NCBI RefSeq assembly: GCF_009914755.1
Contig: NC_060927.1
DNA from: the human T2T-CHM13v2.0 reference genome, Homo sapiens
DNA: 64,000 nt
Strand: one strand, 5' to 3'
Below, in pieces: positions 27,597 through 42,199 of this stretch (the first letter of the stretch is position 1; every line of letters starts with the position of its first letter). The notes below the pieces were generated by a model. It was not told the origin of the DNA. It ran no database searches and was given only the letters and a program-made list of their open reading frames with translations. Position numbers and translations under genes: made by a program.

Positions 27597-27810
27597 TTCC
27601 TTTCCTTTCCTTTTCCTTTCCTTTTCCTTTCATTCTCTTTCTTTTATTTTTTCTTTCTTTATCTCTCTTTTTCTTTTCTTTTCTTTTTTCTTTTCCTTTC
27701 TTTCCTTTCCTTTTCTTTCTCGCCCGCTTTCTGTCATTCTTTCGTTTTTTCATTCATTCATTCTTTCTCTCCCTCCCTCCCTCCCTTCCTTCCTTTTCTT
27801 TATTTTCTTT
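27597..27810. repeat. (CTTT/CCTT)n pyrimidine tract, expanded Alu tail
   Basis: ~210 bp CT-rich run directly abutting the antisense Alu tail position. Confidence 0.9.
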
Positions 27811-28168
<358 letters not shown>

Positions 28169-28209
28169 TGATAGCATTTGTTAGGGAGAATGGGAACTCA
28201 GGCTCAAGA

Positions 28210-28430
28210 GCACTCATAATGATCACTTTCATGATGAAGCACCTGCTGTCTTCCAGACCCAAGTGAGGTTGGTTAGCAAGTATCCATGAGCCTCACACTG
28301 CTCTGTTTATAGTATATGATCCCCATTTTACAGGTAGGAGAGACTGAGGCTCAAATAGGTAAGGGCCTTTAGACAGGTCTCGCTTAGCATGCAGATTGGG
28401 AAAGTTGAAGTAGAATCCAGAATGTTCCCT
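28210..28430 (-). mobile_element. MIR SINE
   Basis: ccccattttacaggtaggagagactgaggctca. Confidence 0.7.
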
Positions 28431-31399
28431 CAAAGTCTGTCTGTCTCCCCACACACCTTGCCCTCACTCTCAAGGTGGCCCATGCATCAGTAGGCATGCC
28501 CTGAAATCTAGAGATGGAGGACTCCAGGAAGTTTCCTTCACAGTTTCCCTTGGAGATCACTGGGTGCTCTCCAAGAGAAATCCTCTTTGGTGACCTTCAG
28601 GTAGGTGGCCGGTGGAACTAATTTATGTTGCCTCAGATCAGGCAGAGCCAGCATTGGCTCCTGGCTCCACCACATTCTAGCTATAGGACTGCACTGTCCC
28701 CCTACTCCTCTCCTCCCCTCCATCCCCTCTCTCCTGTCTTCCCTCGCCTCCTCCCCCTCACTCATTTTAGTGAGCCCTCATTGTGGACTGGGCTCTGTGT
28801 CTAACTTTCCAAGCCTCAGATTTCTCATACCTGGATGGGTTGTTGCTTGGCACTGTGGCCAGCCCAATCGAGACCTTGATAATTGGTAGCCATTGTTATG
28901 AATGATGAGGCTTTCCACTCATTTTCACAATGGAAATCACATTGACAGGACCCCAGAGTTACAGAATTTTTGTGAAAAATATTGACTTTAAAAAATAGCC
29001 TTTTCCCTAAGGCACCTTGTGGGAAGAGCTGAGATGACACTGAATTGCACAGATCTTTGTAACTCTGGCTCTCCCGTCTCATGGATCAGGTACCTTCTTT
29101 GTTCTAAGCAGTCTGCTAGGCACATCACATACCTTTCTAAAAGGTTAGTAATGGTTTCATCTCCATATGATAGATGAAGAAACAGGCCTGGAAAGCCCAG
29201 GCATTTTGTGAAAGATCATACTGCTGGTATGTGGAGCAGGGGCTCCAACTCAGGCTGGCCCTCCCCAGGGATTGTGCCCTGAGCCCTTTCCTGTGGGGCC
29301 TGATTCCCAACCCTGCCCCAGGATCCAAGGTGGACTCAGTGTCCATGTCATGTAACAAAAGAGTCAGGGGTTCTCGGTGCCCTGTTAGGGCCTGTTGTTC
29401 CTGGTTGGTTGGCAAGTCTGAGTGTTTATTCAGCACTGCTGGGAAGGCTCCCTGGCTTAATTCTGAGATTCCAAGCCATCCTGTCGTATCTCCCCCGACT
29501 CCCCCAGCTGAGAGAACTGGGAGAGACACGAGGACACACAGGGCAGGGGCTCTTCCCTGGGTGAGGTTTGTGTTTGGATTTCAGGCGTCGCTGATGGTGA
29601 AGTGTGCTTAGGGTTTTCTTTGTAATTCACATTCCTGTGTCTACCTCTTACTGTTTTGTCCAAAAATTCTTGTATCCATATTTGGTGATTTGTCTCTCTG
29701 TTCCCACCCCCACCCCCAAGCCCCTCAAGGTGTCTGCCAAAATCCTGTATAACTCGTATCATCTCCCAAGCTGTTATAGTATATGAGGGCAAAGGATAAT
29801 TTAGTTATTTTTGAATAAAGATTCGGAGGAAAAGTAAAAAAGTTGGGCAGGGGGTGGGGGGAAGTTTTCATACTCACTGCATGAAATAGACAATATTTCC
29901 TGAAACAGGAGATACGAACCTCAAAGAATTTAAAATAAAACATTCATTTTATTATTTTTTTAAAGAAGGAAAACGAGGGGAAAAAAGTAGAATAGTCAGT
30001 CTTTTTATCCTAAGTACAGATGAAATTGATTAAACCTTAAAGACTGGCCTCTGCACACCCGGTTTATTAATTGAAGAATTTCCTCTTACCCGGAATGGGA
30101 AGTTCACATTAAAATCGAGCTTGCCCTGAGTGGTAGTGACACTTGAGAACTGAACATTTTCCACAATCCTATTTTCTCTTCAGTGCTAGAGGAAATCCTA
30201 AAATGGTTAAAATGGGGGGAAGGGGACTGAGGCGGGAGAGAACAGAAACTGTACATTTTAAGGAAGCCTAAAGCATGAAATCAAATTATAGCTTATGGGC
30301 CACAATTATTTTATTTCTACATTTCAAATTCCATTTTCTGCTCTTTTTCACTGCTCTTGAACAGGAGTTGTACTGTTGTGCAAAGTCAGCTAAAAAGATT
30401 ACCCTAGATAGACTATGACACGGTAGCTTAAAGAAGCAAAAAGGCAAAACTCCCTGGTTAGGTTGGGAGCCCTGTGGCCCTACAGAGCCCTCATGTCTGC
30501 TTCCATCTGGAAAGGCGACATAAGCAGCCATCACCCCCCGGACTCCTTGGCCCTGACAGGAGCTTGGAAACCTCCACTCTTCGTGTGTCTTCCTGTATGA
30601 GGCTGACTCTGCCTCTTGTCCTCCCAGTGATCAGTGTCTACTTCATTGCCTCCCTAGGGGTGGGCCGCTCCTGGCTGACGATAAGCTGATGCCTGGCGCA
30701 TCATTAATGCTCTGGCTTAGCAGGACTGAAGGTCATGCATTTTCCAGTTTTCTTCCAGTCCCTGGATTTAGTGCCAGCACACCTTTCCCCTACCTCTCAC
30801 TGACCCCTTTTCGGCAGAGTGAGTTCCAGGCTCAGTGCTTCAGCAGGCCATGTTATCCAGTTAACATCTAATAATGTTTTATTTATCTTTACAGTTAATT
30901 TCTCCTTAACGCAAATTTAAGAGTGTTGTACTTATGGTCATGTAAAGTTGTTTTTAATATAAGTGCATTTGAATTTTAAAAAATGATATGATTTAAACAT
31001 ACATGTGAGTAAATAATAGTAGAGGTAGTATCCATGGGTCTGGCAGAAATCATGAAGGTGGCTCATGGATGGAGAACCCTGGCTTAATTCATACTTCTTC
31101 CCTGATGTGGATCAGCTGTTTTGAAAACTTCTAGCCAAAGAGCTCTTTAATCATGTCTCCAGTTATCCATCCACATCTTTACCAGCCCTTGCTCTCAGGA
31201 AGTTCTCTTACAGATCTACCTGAGCTCCCTCATGCTTCTGTTGAAGATCACTTTATTTTGTATTTTCATTAGATAGGGAACATCCTACATTGGATAGGTC
31301 CCTACCTCTGACCTTGAGCATCTCCTTAACTTCCTCTTCCCTCAGCCTCATGGTGGGCATGCAGGCTCTTAGACTCTGGCAGACAGGCGATATTGCTTA

Positions 31400-31630
31400 G
31401 TATCATGGTACAAGTTCTCCTGTTGAGTTGGAGGTTTGGGTTCTAATCCAGTCCTCCAGTTTGTTAGCTGTGTGACTGAGGGCAAGTCACTTCAGATCCT
31501 TCAAATCTCTTCAAGTCTCAGCTTCTGCACCTGTGTGTGTGAATAATAATAAATGTTTCCTTCCTGGGCTATTAAGATTAATTGAAATAATGTGCCTGGT
31601 GCATTCTTAAGCATGCAATATGTGTTCATT
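31400..31630 (+). mobile_element. MIR SINE
   Basis: ttagctgtgtgactgagggcaagtcactt...tctcagcttctgcacctgt. Confidence 0.7.
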
Positions 31631-31672
31631 CTCTTTCTTCCTTTCCCCGATTCCCTGACCTGTAGTCATCTT

Positions 31673-31996
<324 letters not shown>

Positions 31997-32591
31997 ATTT
32001 TTTTCATTTTTAAGCTTTTTATTTCAAAGTCATTTCAAACTTAGAGAAAGGCTCTAAGAATAGTACATAGGACTCCCGTATGCCCATCACCCTTGAGTCA
32101 TCTTTGTGACCATCCTTGCATACGACAGCATGGTTTGGGTACAGCCAGACAGAGACTTAGGAGTTGCTCTCTAGCAAGGCTGACTGTGGTGCGAGGACAT
32201 TTCCATGGATTCCTCCACTGGTCTTGCAGAAGGCTGAAACCTCATTAACAGAAAATCTTTATGACCACTAAGCAGACATAACTGGGTGTCTTCTCTCTGC
32301 TACCCTCCCACCCTGCCTTAGGTGGATTGTCTAACTTGTAGATCAAAGCTAGCCTCTTGACAAGTTTCCTAATAGGACAGGTACATACCTAGAGTTGTGT
32401 CTGAGATGACTTGATGTGTGCACAGATATGGTGTTAAGGGACGTCGATCCCAGTGAGAAAGTTATTCCCATTTCAAGATTCTTTAAGTCCTTCTGATGAC
32501 TTTAAGGAGATCTCAGGTTGGTGCTGGGAGCTCTTATACTTCTCTTAACATTGTAAGCTCAGTGCCTGTTACTGTAACCATGTCTGGCTAG

Positions 32592-33043
<452 letters not shown>

Positions 33044-33548
33044 TGAGTCAGTAACGTATGTATGTACATAGTTCAAAATCTTAAAGGTACAAAAAGGTAC
33101 ACAGTAAAAAGTAAATCTTCCTTTTACCCCCTGCTTACCTAGTTTACTTCCTGGAAGCAAATTGCTATAACCATTTTCTTCTAAAGATTCCAAAGACACT
33201 TCATGATTTTTAAGCATGTTCTTTCTCCCACGGATTCTCTAGAAGTGGCAATATACTGTGCACACAGTGAACACACCAGCTCCGCTAGAGCTCTATTCAG
33301 TGAATAGTTACCGTGGTGTTTTTAAATAGCTGGGTCATGTTCTGTTTTATGTACATGTCATGGTTTAGTTAACTACTTCCCTTCCAACAGGCAGTCAGGC
33401 TGGTTCTGACCTTTTGCTCTTCCAGACACGTAGCAATGAGTGTCCACATATGTGCCCCATGTGCACGTGGGTCACTGCTAGTCCCCAGGGGTGTTTGACG
33501 GCCATTTGCCAGCATGTGCTGCTCCTACCCCCAACCCCACCCCAGTGA

Positions 33549-33917
<369 letters not shown>

Positions 33918-34359
33918 AAGAGTGTTACCAAATGTTTGAGGTGACTCGGCCTCCTGTATAAAACTTGGGTTCTGGAGCCACATAGCCTGACTTTGAATTC
34001 TAGCTCCCTATCTTTCTAGTTCTGCGACCCGTGACTTAATTTCCTCATCTGTAAATGGCGGGGGGCGGGGGTGGCGGTGACACAGAGTGTCAGCAGGCTC
34101 CCAGAATGTCAGGGCTAGGCAGGCCGAACACTCAACATGTTAGCTCTTTGTATTATCATCAGTATTATTTTGTCAGTACAGTAGGTGAAAAACAGAATTT
34201 CAGTGTACAGTGGTTTTAATTTGCATTTTTTTGTTACTAGTAAGGTGTGATGTCTTATCATGTTTGAGCTATTTTTATTTCTTTATGCCCCTGCTTATTT
34301 CTCTGACTTCATCTCCTTCCTCTTCCTCAAACGCATGTGGAGGCTTTGCACTTGTTCCT

Positions 34360-34700
34360 CCCTCTGTTGCCTACCAACTCCTTCTCCGCTGAGTCTGTGC
34401 CCAGATAGCTCCTTCTCAATGAGGCCTCTCCTGACAGCCTGATTTAAAATTGCAGGCCACCTGCTTCGCAGACAGCTCGGAGCCTACTTCTCCTGCTCTT
34501 TCTCCCCAGGATGCTTAGCCTCTCTGACCCTACTGTGAAATTCACTTACTGTGTTTTAATGTTTGCTTTTGCTCTACCCTACTGGACTGTGAGTTCTCGA
34601 TTGCAAGGGGTAGGGACTGTTGTCTGTCTGGCCTCTCAAGTGTGCCAGCCACCAACTCTACGTCTGGCATGAGGGAGTGTTCAGTAAACGTGCTGCGTGT
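34360..34700 (+). mobile_element. L2 3' end
   Basis: cttctcaatgaggcctctcctgac...ctactggactgtgagttctcg...tcagtaaacg. Confidence 0.65.
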
Positions 34701-36154
34701 GAACTAGCTGTTGATACCATTTACATTTTTGATTGGACTGTCGCTCTTTTTAAAAAATCCATTTCTATATTTCCAATTTGAAATATTAAGGAAAACAGTC
34801 CTTTGTATGTAGTATGCATTTTAAGCTTCTCTCCCTTGTCACTGGACTTTATCGTATTTTCCTATACAGAGATATTTGGTTATTATATTGTTGAATTTGT
34901 CAGTGTTTCCTTTTTATTTTCTTCTGTGTTTATTCTGTGGGTTTTGTATCTTACCTAGGTATTTTTTTACTTTTAAGATTATAAAAATTTTTTTTCTCAC
35001 CCTTTCTTTCAGTACTTTTTTGGTTTTCTGTTTTTATGTTTGAAACCTTGATCCATTTGGAATTTATTCTGGTGTCATGTGTATGGTAGACATCCAATTT
35101 TATTTTTATCTAGATGGCTACCCATTGTCCCTTTATCACAATTATGTGATTGTCCCTGTTTCCAGATGTGGACCTTGGGGTCAGAGAGGGAAAGATCCTT
35201 ACCCAAGATTGTGCAGCCAGCAAATGGACTTGCATCCTGCCCTGCTCCCCTCTCCCAGCTCTGCGGGTGTTTTGCCATGAGTCTCTAGCATTTCTTGTTT
35301 TTTTGGCTTTCTTTCCTTTTGGCGGGGGTCCAACACCTCTATTTGTCTGCTATCTTGTCCAGGGCCATTTATTTTTTGCCTTGATGTCTTACATGGACCT
35401 TCTTTGTTGTTCCTCCTGTTCCTCCACTGCTGACATGCTCTCATTGTTCACCCTGGCCTTTCTTCAGGTGGTGATGAATGTCTCCTTTGGCTCCCTCCTG
35501 CAGGACTATGCCTCAGGTTGTGCACTTTGTTCTCCTTCCTCTCTATCCTCAGGGCCTTGCCCACCTGCTCTTTGGGATGCCTTAGGGTTCCCAGAGCACT
35601 CAGGAATGCATGATTCTGGCCAAGAGGCAGCTGATAATAGAAAAAGCAGAAATTTTGAAGTCAGACAGCCCTTGGTACTAGCGCTGCCTCTGCTGTTGAC
35701 TGTTGGGCAATTAGACCTCAGATTTCTCTTTATGGAAATGGGAGGTCTCCTCTTCCAGGGGATAGTGGTGAGGATTAGAACTAATGCAGAAGTCACAAGC
35801 TCAGGTGCCTGTTGGGAGCCAGGCTAGTAGTACAAATGCTGGGGTGTGAGGCAATAGGGAATTGCAGGAACCAGGGTAAAGTTGGGAATGCATGCCTGTT
35901 CTCCAGGAGACAGCTGCTCCTCAGCCACATCAGACAAAGGCCCAGTCTAACCACATGTGCTAATTCATGGAGATTTTTATGTGACATTTCTCAAGTTGTA
36001 AATGTTGGCAGTGTATGCATATTCTAACAGGCACTGCACAGGCTAGACAATGCCCATTCCAGATCCTCAGGCATCTTTAAGTTGTCAGTTTGCAACCAGT
36101 GATGTGAAGTCCTTGGCTCCAATTCAGCTCTCAATCCACAGTGGCTGTTATTCG

Positions 36155-36397
36155 GGGTTTTTTGGGGTTTTCTTTGAGCTTGCTCTGTCGCCCAGGCCAG
36201 AGTGCAGTGGCATAGTCTCGGCTCACTGCAGCCTCCACCTCCTGGGTTCAAGTAATTCTCGTGTCTCAGCCTCCATGCATACCACCATGCCCGGCTAATT
36301 TTTTGTATTTTAGTAGAGACGGGGTTTCATCATGTTAGCCCAAGCTGTTCTCAAAGTCCTGAGCTCAGGCAATCTGCCCACTTCAGCCTCCCAAAGT
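36155..36397 (-). mobile_element. Alu (partial, internally deleted)
   Basis: Antisense Alu motifs tgctctgtcgcccagg...cagcctcccaaagtg. Confidence 0.9.
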
Positions 36398-38849
36398 GTG
36401 TAATGGCTGTTATTTGAATTGTGGCTGCTGCTTTTGGGTTTCTTGTCAGTCAGGCAGCACCCTGCAGTGTCCCTGCTGGACGCTGGGTCAACTCTGTTCC
36501 CACTAGTTACTTCCGGTTCTTGGAGTTCTTAAACTTCTTCTGGTCCACGTGGTATGGCATATCCTTTACCTGGAGACCAAGAAGCCAGGGTTTGACTCTT
36601 AATGCATCATGGGACCAGGACAGCAATGTCTAGTTCTGCCGGGTCAGCTTCTCCTGCTCAGGGGTCTCCCTGCAAGTCTGGTGAGATTTGGCCAGGATGT
36701 TTGTGGAGGAGCCTGCCTTTGCAGGGCAGTTCAAACAAAAAGGATGTCCTGCCCAGTGGTGGATACAGTGATCCAGGCTGTTGGCTGGCACTTACCAAGA
36801 AACCCCGTGAGGGGCCAGCTCCTGGGTCCACAGGAGTTGGGGGAGGCACTGTTTGTATTCGCTCCATGCTGCCGTTAATACTCTTCCTCTTCCTCCTCTG
36901 GAGGGCACAAGGCCTTTGGGTATATGTGAGTCCTAAAGGAAGGAGGAGGCCAGTTCTTGAGCTCTTACTGTGCTGGCATAGTGATACTTGCAGCAGCTTG
37001 CATTTAGTGAGTCTGGGGCATGTGGCAGGTGCTGGGTGAGGTGCCCTCCTCCAACTTACTGTGTTGTCTCTGGCATCAGCATCTTCCAAGGAGGAATCCC
37101 AGGCTCCAGGAGGTCAAGAGGTGTACTTGCCTGAGGCTGTGCAGCTGGCAGAGCGAGATGCTTACCCTCTGCCCCCGCCTGCCTCAGAACTTGAGGTGGG
37201 CTTCCAAGCTGCCGCCCCGTTCCTCCTGCCCACAGGCAGCACCCCTCTCTATGAATTCCTTGATCACATGCCTCAGATCAAAACATGCCCTCCCTCTGGG
37301 CTGTCTCCTCTACAGGAACCTGAGTTTCCAACTAGAGTGGTAGACACCACTGTCAGTAGAAAACAGAAATGCAATTATTGTTTCTGTTTTACAGATGTGG
37401 AGATGGAGCACAGAGAGGGTGAATAGCTTTATAAAACTCCCCTCCATCTGAAACTGTTCATGAAAATGGTGATAACAAGGACCAGGGTCCCCGGAGCCTT
37501 CTCCTGTGACTGGGGCCTCCTTTGGCCACCTGGTCCCCACTGGAGGGTCTGGGCCTGGCCAGGAGCCTCTAGCCTGTTAAACTCCTAGCACCTCCTGCAG
37601 TCGATGGAGTAACCTGGTGGTTGTTAGCAGCATGGGCAGCATGAATGTTTGGCTTCAGTGAGAGGGCTGAGCAGAAAGGCTGAGAGAGAGTGCATGAGTG
37701 TGGCATGCTGCCCTGTGCCCAGGTGGGTGCTAGGTCACAGGCACTGTGCAGGGCCTGGTCGTGACCGCCCTCCTTCTCTCCTCCCCTTTCCCCTTCCCCA
37801 ACTCCATCAGCAGGCTTTGTCCACTTGTGTTTGCCTGGGGTCTGCCTGGACTAGTGGGGACAGCAGGCCTTGTTACAGTTCGACCAAGAGTGATGGGGCC
37901 CAGGTTCAGTGCTCACAGCTGTTAGTACCAGCTCCTGCTTACTGAGGGTGCTTAGGGCTGAGTCTCTCCTAATCTTCTGCAGGAGGCATCTTTGTTTAGG
38001 TCCTGATTGTGGATGAGGAAATTGAAGCTCCTGGTAAGGTTGTGATTTGAACATATCCAAGCTTGGGGACCTCCAAGCCCTGCTCTTGCCACTTCCTCTT
38101 ATTTGTGGTCCTTGTTTCCTTGGTCTTTAAAATGACCCTCTTGTTTAAGCCCCTTCCATTTCCAAATCCTCTGAGCCTGTGCTGAGGAGGACAGGCTGGA
38201 CACTGCTGGTTAGTCCCACACCTTCCTGGTACCAGTAGGAATTTGAGAGGGAAAGTCCAGGCTTACCCTGTTTCAGGAAAACTGCAGAAGGAGGAAAACT
38301 AATTCTCCTTAAAACTGATTTTCTCCTTGCTCTCTCTGCAGAATGGGCTGCAATGTGACTGAAGTCTTGCTGCCTTCCCATCCCCTGCCCTTGGCAGAGA
38401 GTCAGGGTTGGGACAGCTGCAACCTGTGTTGGATGGAGCCTGATCAGTCCTGGGTTCTTGCCCCTAGTTGGGTGGCTTTGGGCAAGTTATTTAACCTGTC
38501 TCAGCCTCAGTCTTCTTACCTGTATAATGAGGAGATAGGCAATACATTGAATAAATGAATAAAAACAGCTGCAAATAATAATATAAGGCTCTCGCCCTGG
38601 AGTCTGAGAAGCTGTGTTCTGAGGTGGGGACCTCTGAAACCTGCCCGTTTTGTCCTGGAACACCTGCAGGGGGCTTGTACAGAGCAATTGTTTTATTCTG
38701 GACATAAGATCTTGCTGCTCAGAGTTTCAGGGTACTGTTGTAGAGCAAAATCAGTAGACTGAGTTCAAATCCCTCTGAATCCTTGCTCCTTGACCTGACT
38801 TGGTTACTTCACCTCTCTAAGCCTTTGTCCTCTCTCTCTCTCTCTTTTT

Positions 38850-39276
38850 TTTTTTTTTTTTTTTTTTTTGAGACAGGGTCTCACTCTGTCACCCAGGCTG
38901 GAGTACAGTGGTGTAATCAGGCCTTGACCTGCAGCCTTGACCTCTCTGGGCTTAGGTGATTATCCTACCTTAGCCTCCCAAGTAGGTGGGATTACAGGCA
39001 TGCACCACTACGCCTAGCTAATTTTTGTATTTTGTATAGAGACAGGGTTTCACCATGTTGCCCCATGCTGGTCTCAAACTCCTGAGCTCAAGTGATTCAC
39101 CCACCTCAGCCTCCCAAAGTGCTGGGATTACAAACATGTGCCACCACGCTGAACCAATTTTTGTATTTTTGTAGAGACGGGGTTTCACTATGTTGCCTAG
39201 GCTGGTCTTGAACTCCTGAGCTCAAGTGATCTGCCCACTTTAGCCTCCCAAAGTGCTGGGGTTACAGACCCAGCCT
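38850..39276 (-). mobile_element. AluJ with extra left arm (three-arm Alu) inside a MIR
   Basis: Right arm followed by two successive left arms, each preceded by aatttttgtatttt. Confidence 0.9.
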
Positions 39277-39399
39277 GTTTTCCCATTTGTAATACCCACA
39301 TTGCAGAGTTGGTGTTGAGATGTAGGTAAGAGGAGATGAAGACATGTAGACCACCACTGTGCATGTCATAATAGCAGATGTAGAAGTGAAAACCGTGGT

Positions 39400-39560
39400 A
39401 ACAGCTAATATAATTGAGGATTTCATATGTCTAGGCACTGTTCTAAATTGTTTACATATCTGATCTCATTGAATCTTCAGTGCAATCCAATAACATAGGC
39501 AGTATCATCGTCCTTGTATAAGATGAGGAGCCTGAGGCACAGAGAGAGTTAATGTATTTG
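39400..39560 (-). mobile_element. MIR SINE
   Basis: ggcactgttctaaattgtttacatatc...agatgaggagcctgaggcacagagag. Confidence 0.8.
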
Positions 39561-39677
39561 GCAAATGGTCATAATAATAGTAGGATATTAATTGCCACTG
39601 CAGTTTTATATTGTTGATAAAATGTATTTACATTGTTCAATGAATATTTAAAAAGTCACCAGTCAAAAACAAATTTT

Positions 39678-39995
39678 GGCCAGGCACAGTGGCTCACGCC
39701 CGTAATCCTAGTAGCACTTTGGGAGCTGAGGTGGGAGGATCTATTGAGGCCAGGAGTTCGAGACCAGCCTGGGCAACATAGCAAGACTCCACCTCTACAA
39801 AAAAATTTTAAAAATAAGCTGGGTATGGTGGCATGCACCTGTAGTCCCAGCTACTTGGGAGGCTAGGACAGGAGGATCGTTTGAGCCCAGGAATTCAAGG
39901 CTGCAGTGAGCTATGATTGCACCACTGCACTCCAGCCTGGGCAACAGTAAGACCCTGCCTCTAAAATTAAAAAAATAAAAAAATAAATAACAAAT
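39678..39995 (+). mobile_element. AluJ (only sense-strand Alu in the window)
   Basis: ggccaggcacagtggctcacgcccgtaatcc ... ccagcctgggcaacag followed by A-rich tail. Confidence 0.95.
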
Positions 39996-39997
39996 AA

Positions 39998-40076
39998 TGG
40001 CACACATTTACCTACATAACAAACCTGGTCATCCTGCACATGTACCCCTGAACTTAAAATATAAGTTGGAAATAAA
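39998..40076 (+). mobile_element. L1PA/PB extreme 3' end
   Basis: ggcacacatttacctacataacaaacctg..catcctgcacatgtacccctgaacttaaaa matches the primate L1 3' terminus. Confidence 0.85.
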
Positions 40077-42199
40077 TTTTTTTTTCTTTATTTTAAATGT
40101 AACATTATTTCTCCTTCTTATAATGCCCATAGCTTTGACTTTTTTAAAAAAAAATCTGATTTTGAGGTTGCTAAAATATGTTCAAAGTATAATGTTAAGT
40201 TTCTCCAGCTGAAATATTTTTTTCTGAACATATTTTATTCCTTCAGTCCCAAAAGGAAAATTACACCTCACAGATAACTTATGCTTTGTTAAATGCTGAC
40301 CCTTGTAAGTTTTTCATTATTTTTGAAATGATTAAGATATATAATTTACAGAATTGGAAATTGTAATTTTTAAATGTACTGAGAAACTTTAACCCTATTA
40401 TAATTATTCTGCAAATCTTTTAAGGATACTATAGTCAGTACAACTAGATGAAAAACTCTGATAGATTGGGAAATATAGAGGATCATTTATAAGCCTTGAT
40501 TTTTTTGTCTTGTGTTTCCCACCCACTCACTCGCTATGTCCCTCTAGTCTCAGAGCGATTTTCTACCCTGGGTTCATGGGAATTGGGAAGGACACTGTTT
40601 GATTCATTCTATGAAACTACTAGGGATTTTGAAAAAGGCAAGACGGGCCAGTTGTGTCACTTCCTGTCGTCTGATCAAAAGTTTGATGAAGAAAAGAAAG
40701 TAACTGAGAGCTGCTGCCAGGCAGCAGGCAGTTGCCTGGTGATGACCCCGGGTTTCCAGTGCTAGTCTGGTTCCCAGTGTGGCCAGTCAAGTCCCTCTGA
40801 CCTCTGGGCTCCTTAGAAGTCCCTGGTGCTGGCTGCGCTGCACGGGGTCCGCTCAAGAGCCTGGCCTTTTGGAACAAAGACGGCTTTTGGATGCTGGATC
40901 AGGCTGCAGATGAAATCCCAACTGGCTCCTGAGTGTTTGGGTCCTATCTATGCTTAGTTTTCTGGGTCTGTCAATCAGTTTCATTTCCCATCCACAGGAT
41001 CTCAATAGGCGTGAGAAGCAAGAGGGCCTGATGCGTGGAGCACATGAGTCATTCCCCTACTGGATAGTTGACTGGATAGTTGTGTATACCAATAGGAAAT
41101 CGACTGTTGAAGAAGAGGAACAGATTCCTGCTGAATAAAGTAGAAGAGGCAGGGATATGGACATTTGCTGCATTAGTCCAGCAACGATGTATTAAGCTGT
41201 GCCCAAGCTGGGTCTTGTGCTGTGAATACAGATTGAAAACCCAGGCCTTGGTTATGAACCCTCAGCATGGAGCCGGGTGGGGCATCAAGGATCAGGGGCA
41301 AGTGAACCTGGGGCAGGTGTTCTGGGCAAAGCAGGAGCAGGGGCAAAGGCAAGGAAGGGAAAGGGGCGAGAGTCCACCTGGGTCCTACCTTGATCTTTAG
41401 ATGGGAAGTGGGAGAGTTGATGGGGGGAGGGGGAGAAATTGTGGGCTGGGTCCCCACTGGGCAGGGCGGGCTGTGTGGCGTGGGAGTTAAGAACCTGGGC
41501 ACCAGGGTTCAGATCTCTTCTCTGCCACCTACCTGCTGTATAACCATGAGCAGTCAACAGACTTCCCTAAAGCCTCGACTTCCTCATCTGTAAATTAGGG
41601 GCTAGGTAGTGGCAGGTGTTTAAGTTCTAGAGGGAACTTGGATAGTCAGAATTACTCTGGAGAAGTCCTTAAGGAACCCATGAGGTTGAGTGGCCTTGGT
41701 TCTGTGGGCACAGCTTCACCCACCGGAGAGGGAGGCCTGTGGGGCCAGTGCAGGATCCATTCTGCTGTGAAGGTGGAGACTGGAAAATAGGCTGGGCCCC
41801 CAACGTGTTCCTCCCTCCTTGTTCCCTGCTGGGCTTTATCTCATCCTGCCTCAAGACCCAGTCTCACAGCCCTGTGGCCAGTTCCCAGATTTACTGATGG
41901 TTAGGACCCGGAAGACAGTTGGGTGTATCTTCTGGGTAGGGAAGGCTTGGGCTCAGCTTGTGTGAGGGAGGCATGAGTGTCATGGGGCCATGCGGAGAGG
42001 GCGAAAAGCCCAGGAAAGGGTTTGTGGAGCACACAGCATGGTGCTTGGCACAAGGTGAGTGGGAAGCAACTGGTAGTTAAAAAACAGGGAGCCTCCCACA
42101 GCCACATTGGGGAGTCTTTTTTTTTTTTTTTCCAGTGGACAGTGGGGCTCTTAGCATGAGAAGGGCATGGTCAGGTCTGTGTTTTATTGTATTATTTAT

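Noticed and set aside
35150-35827. 225-aa ORF
   Set aside because: No recognisable domain, partly MIR-like at its 3' end, and no convincing exon boundaries.
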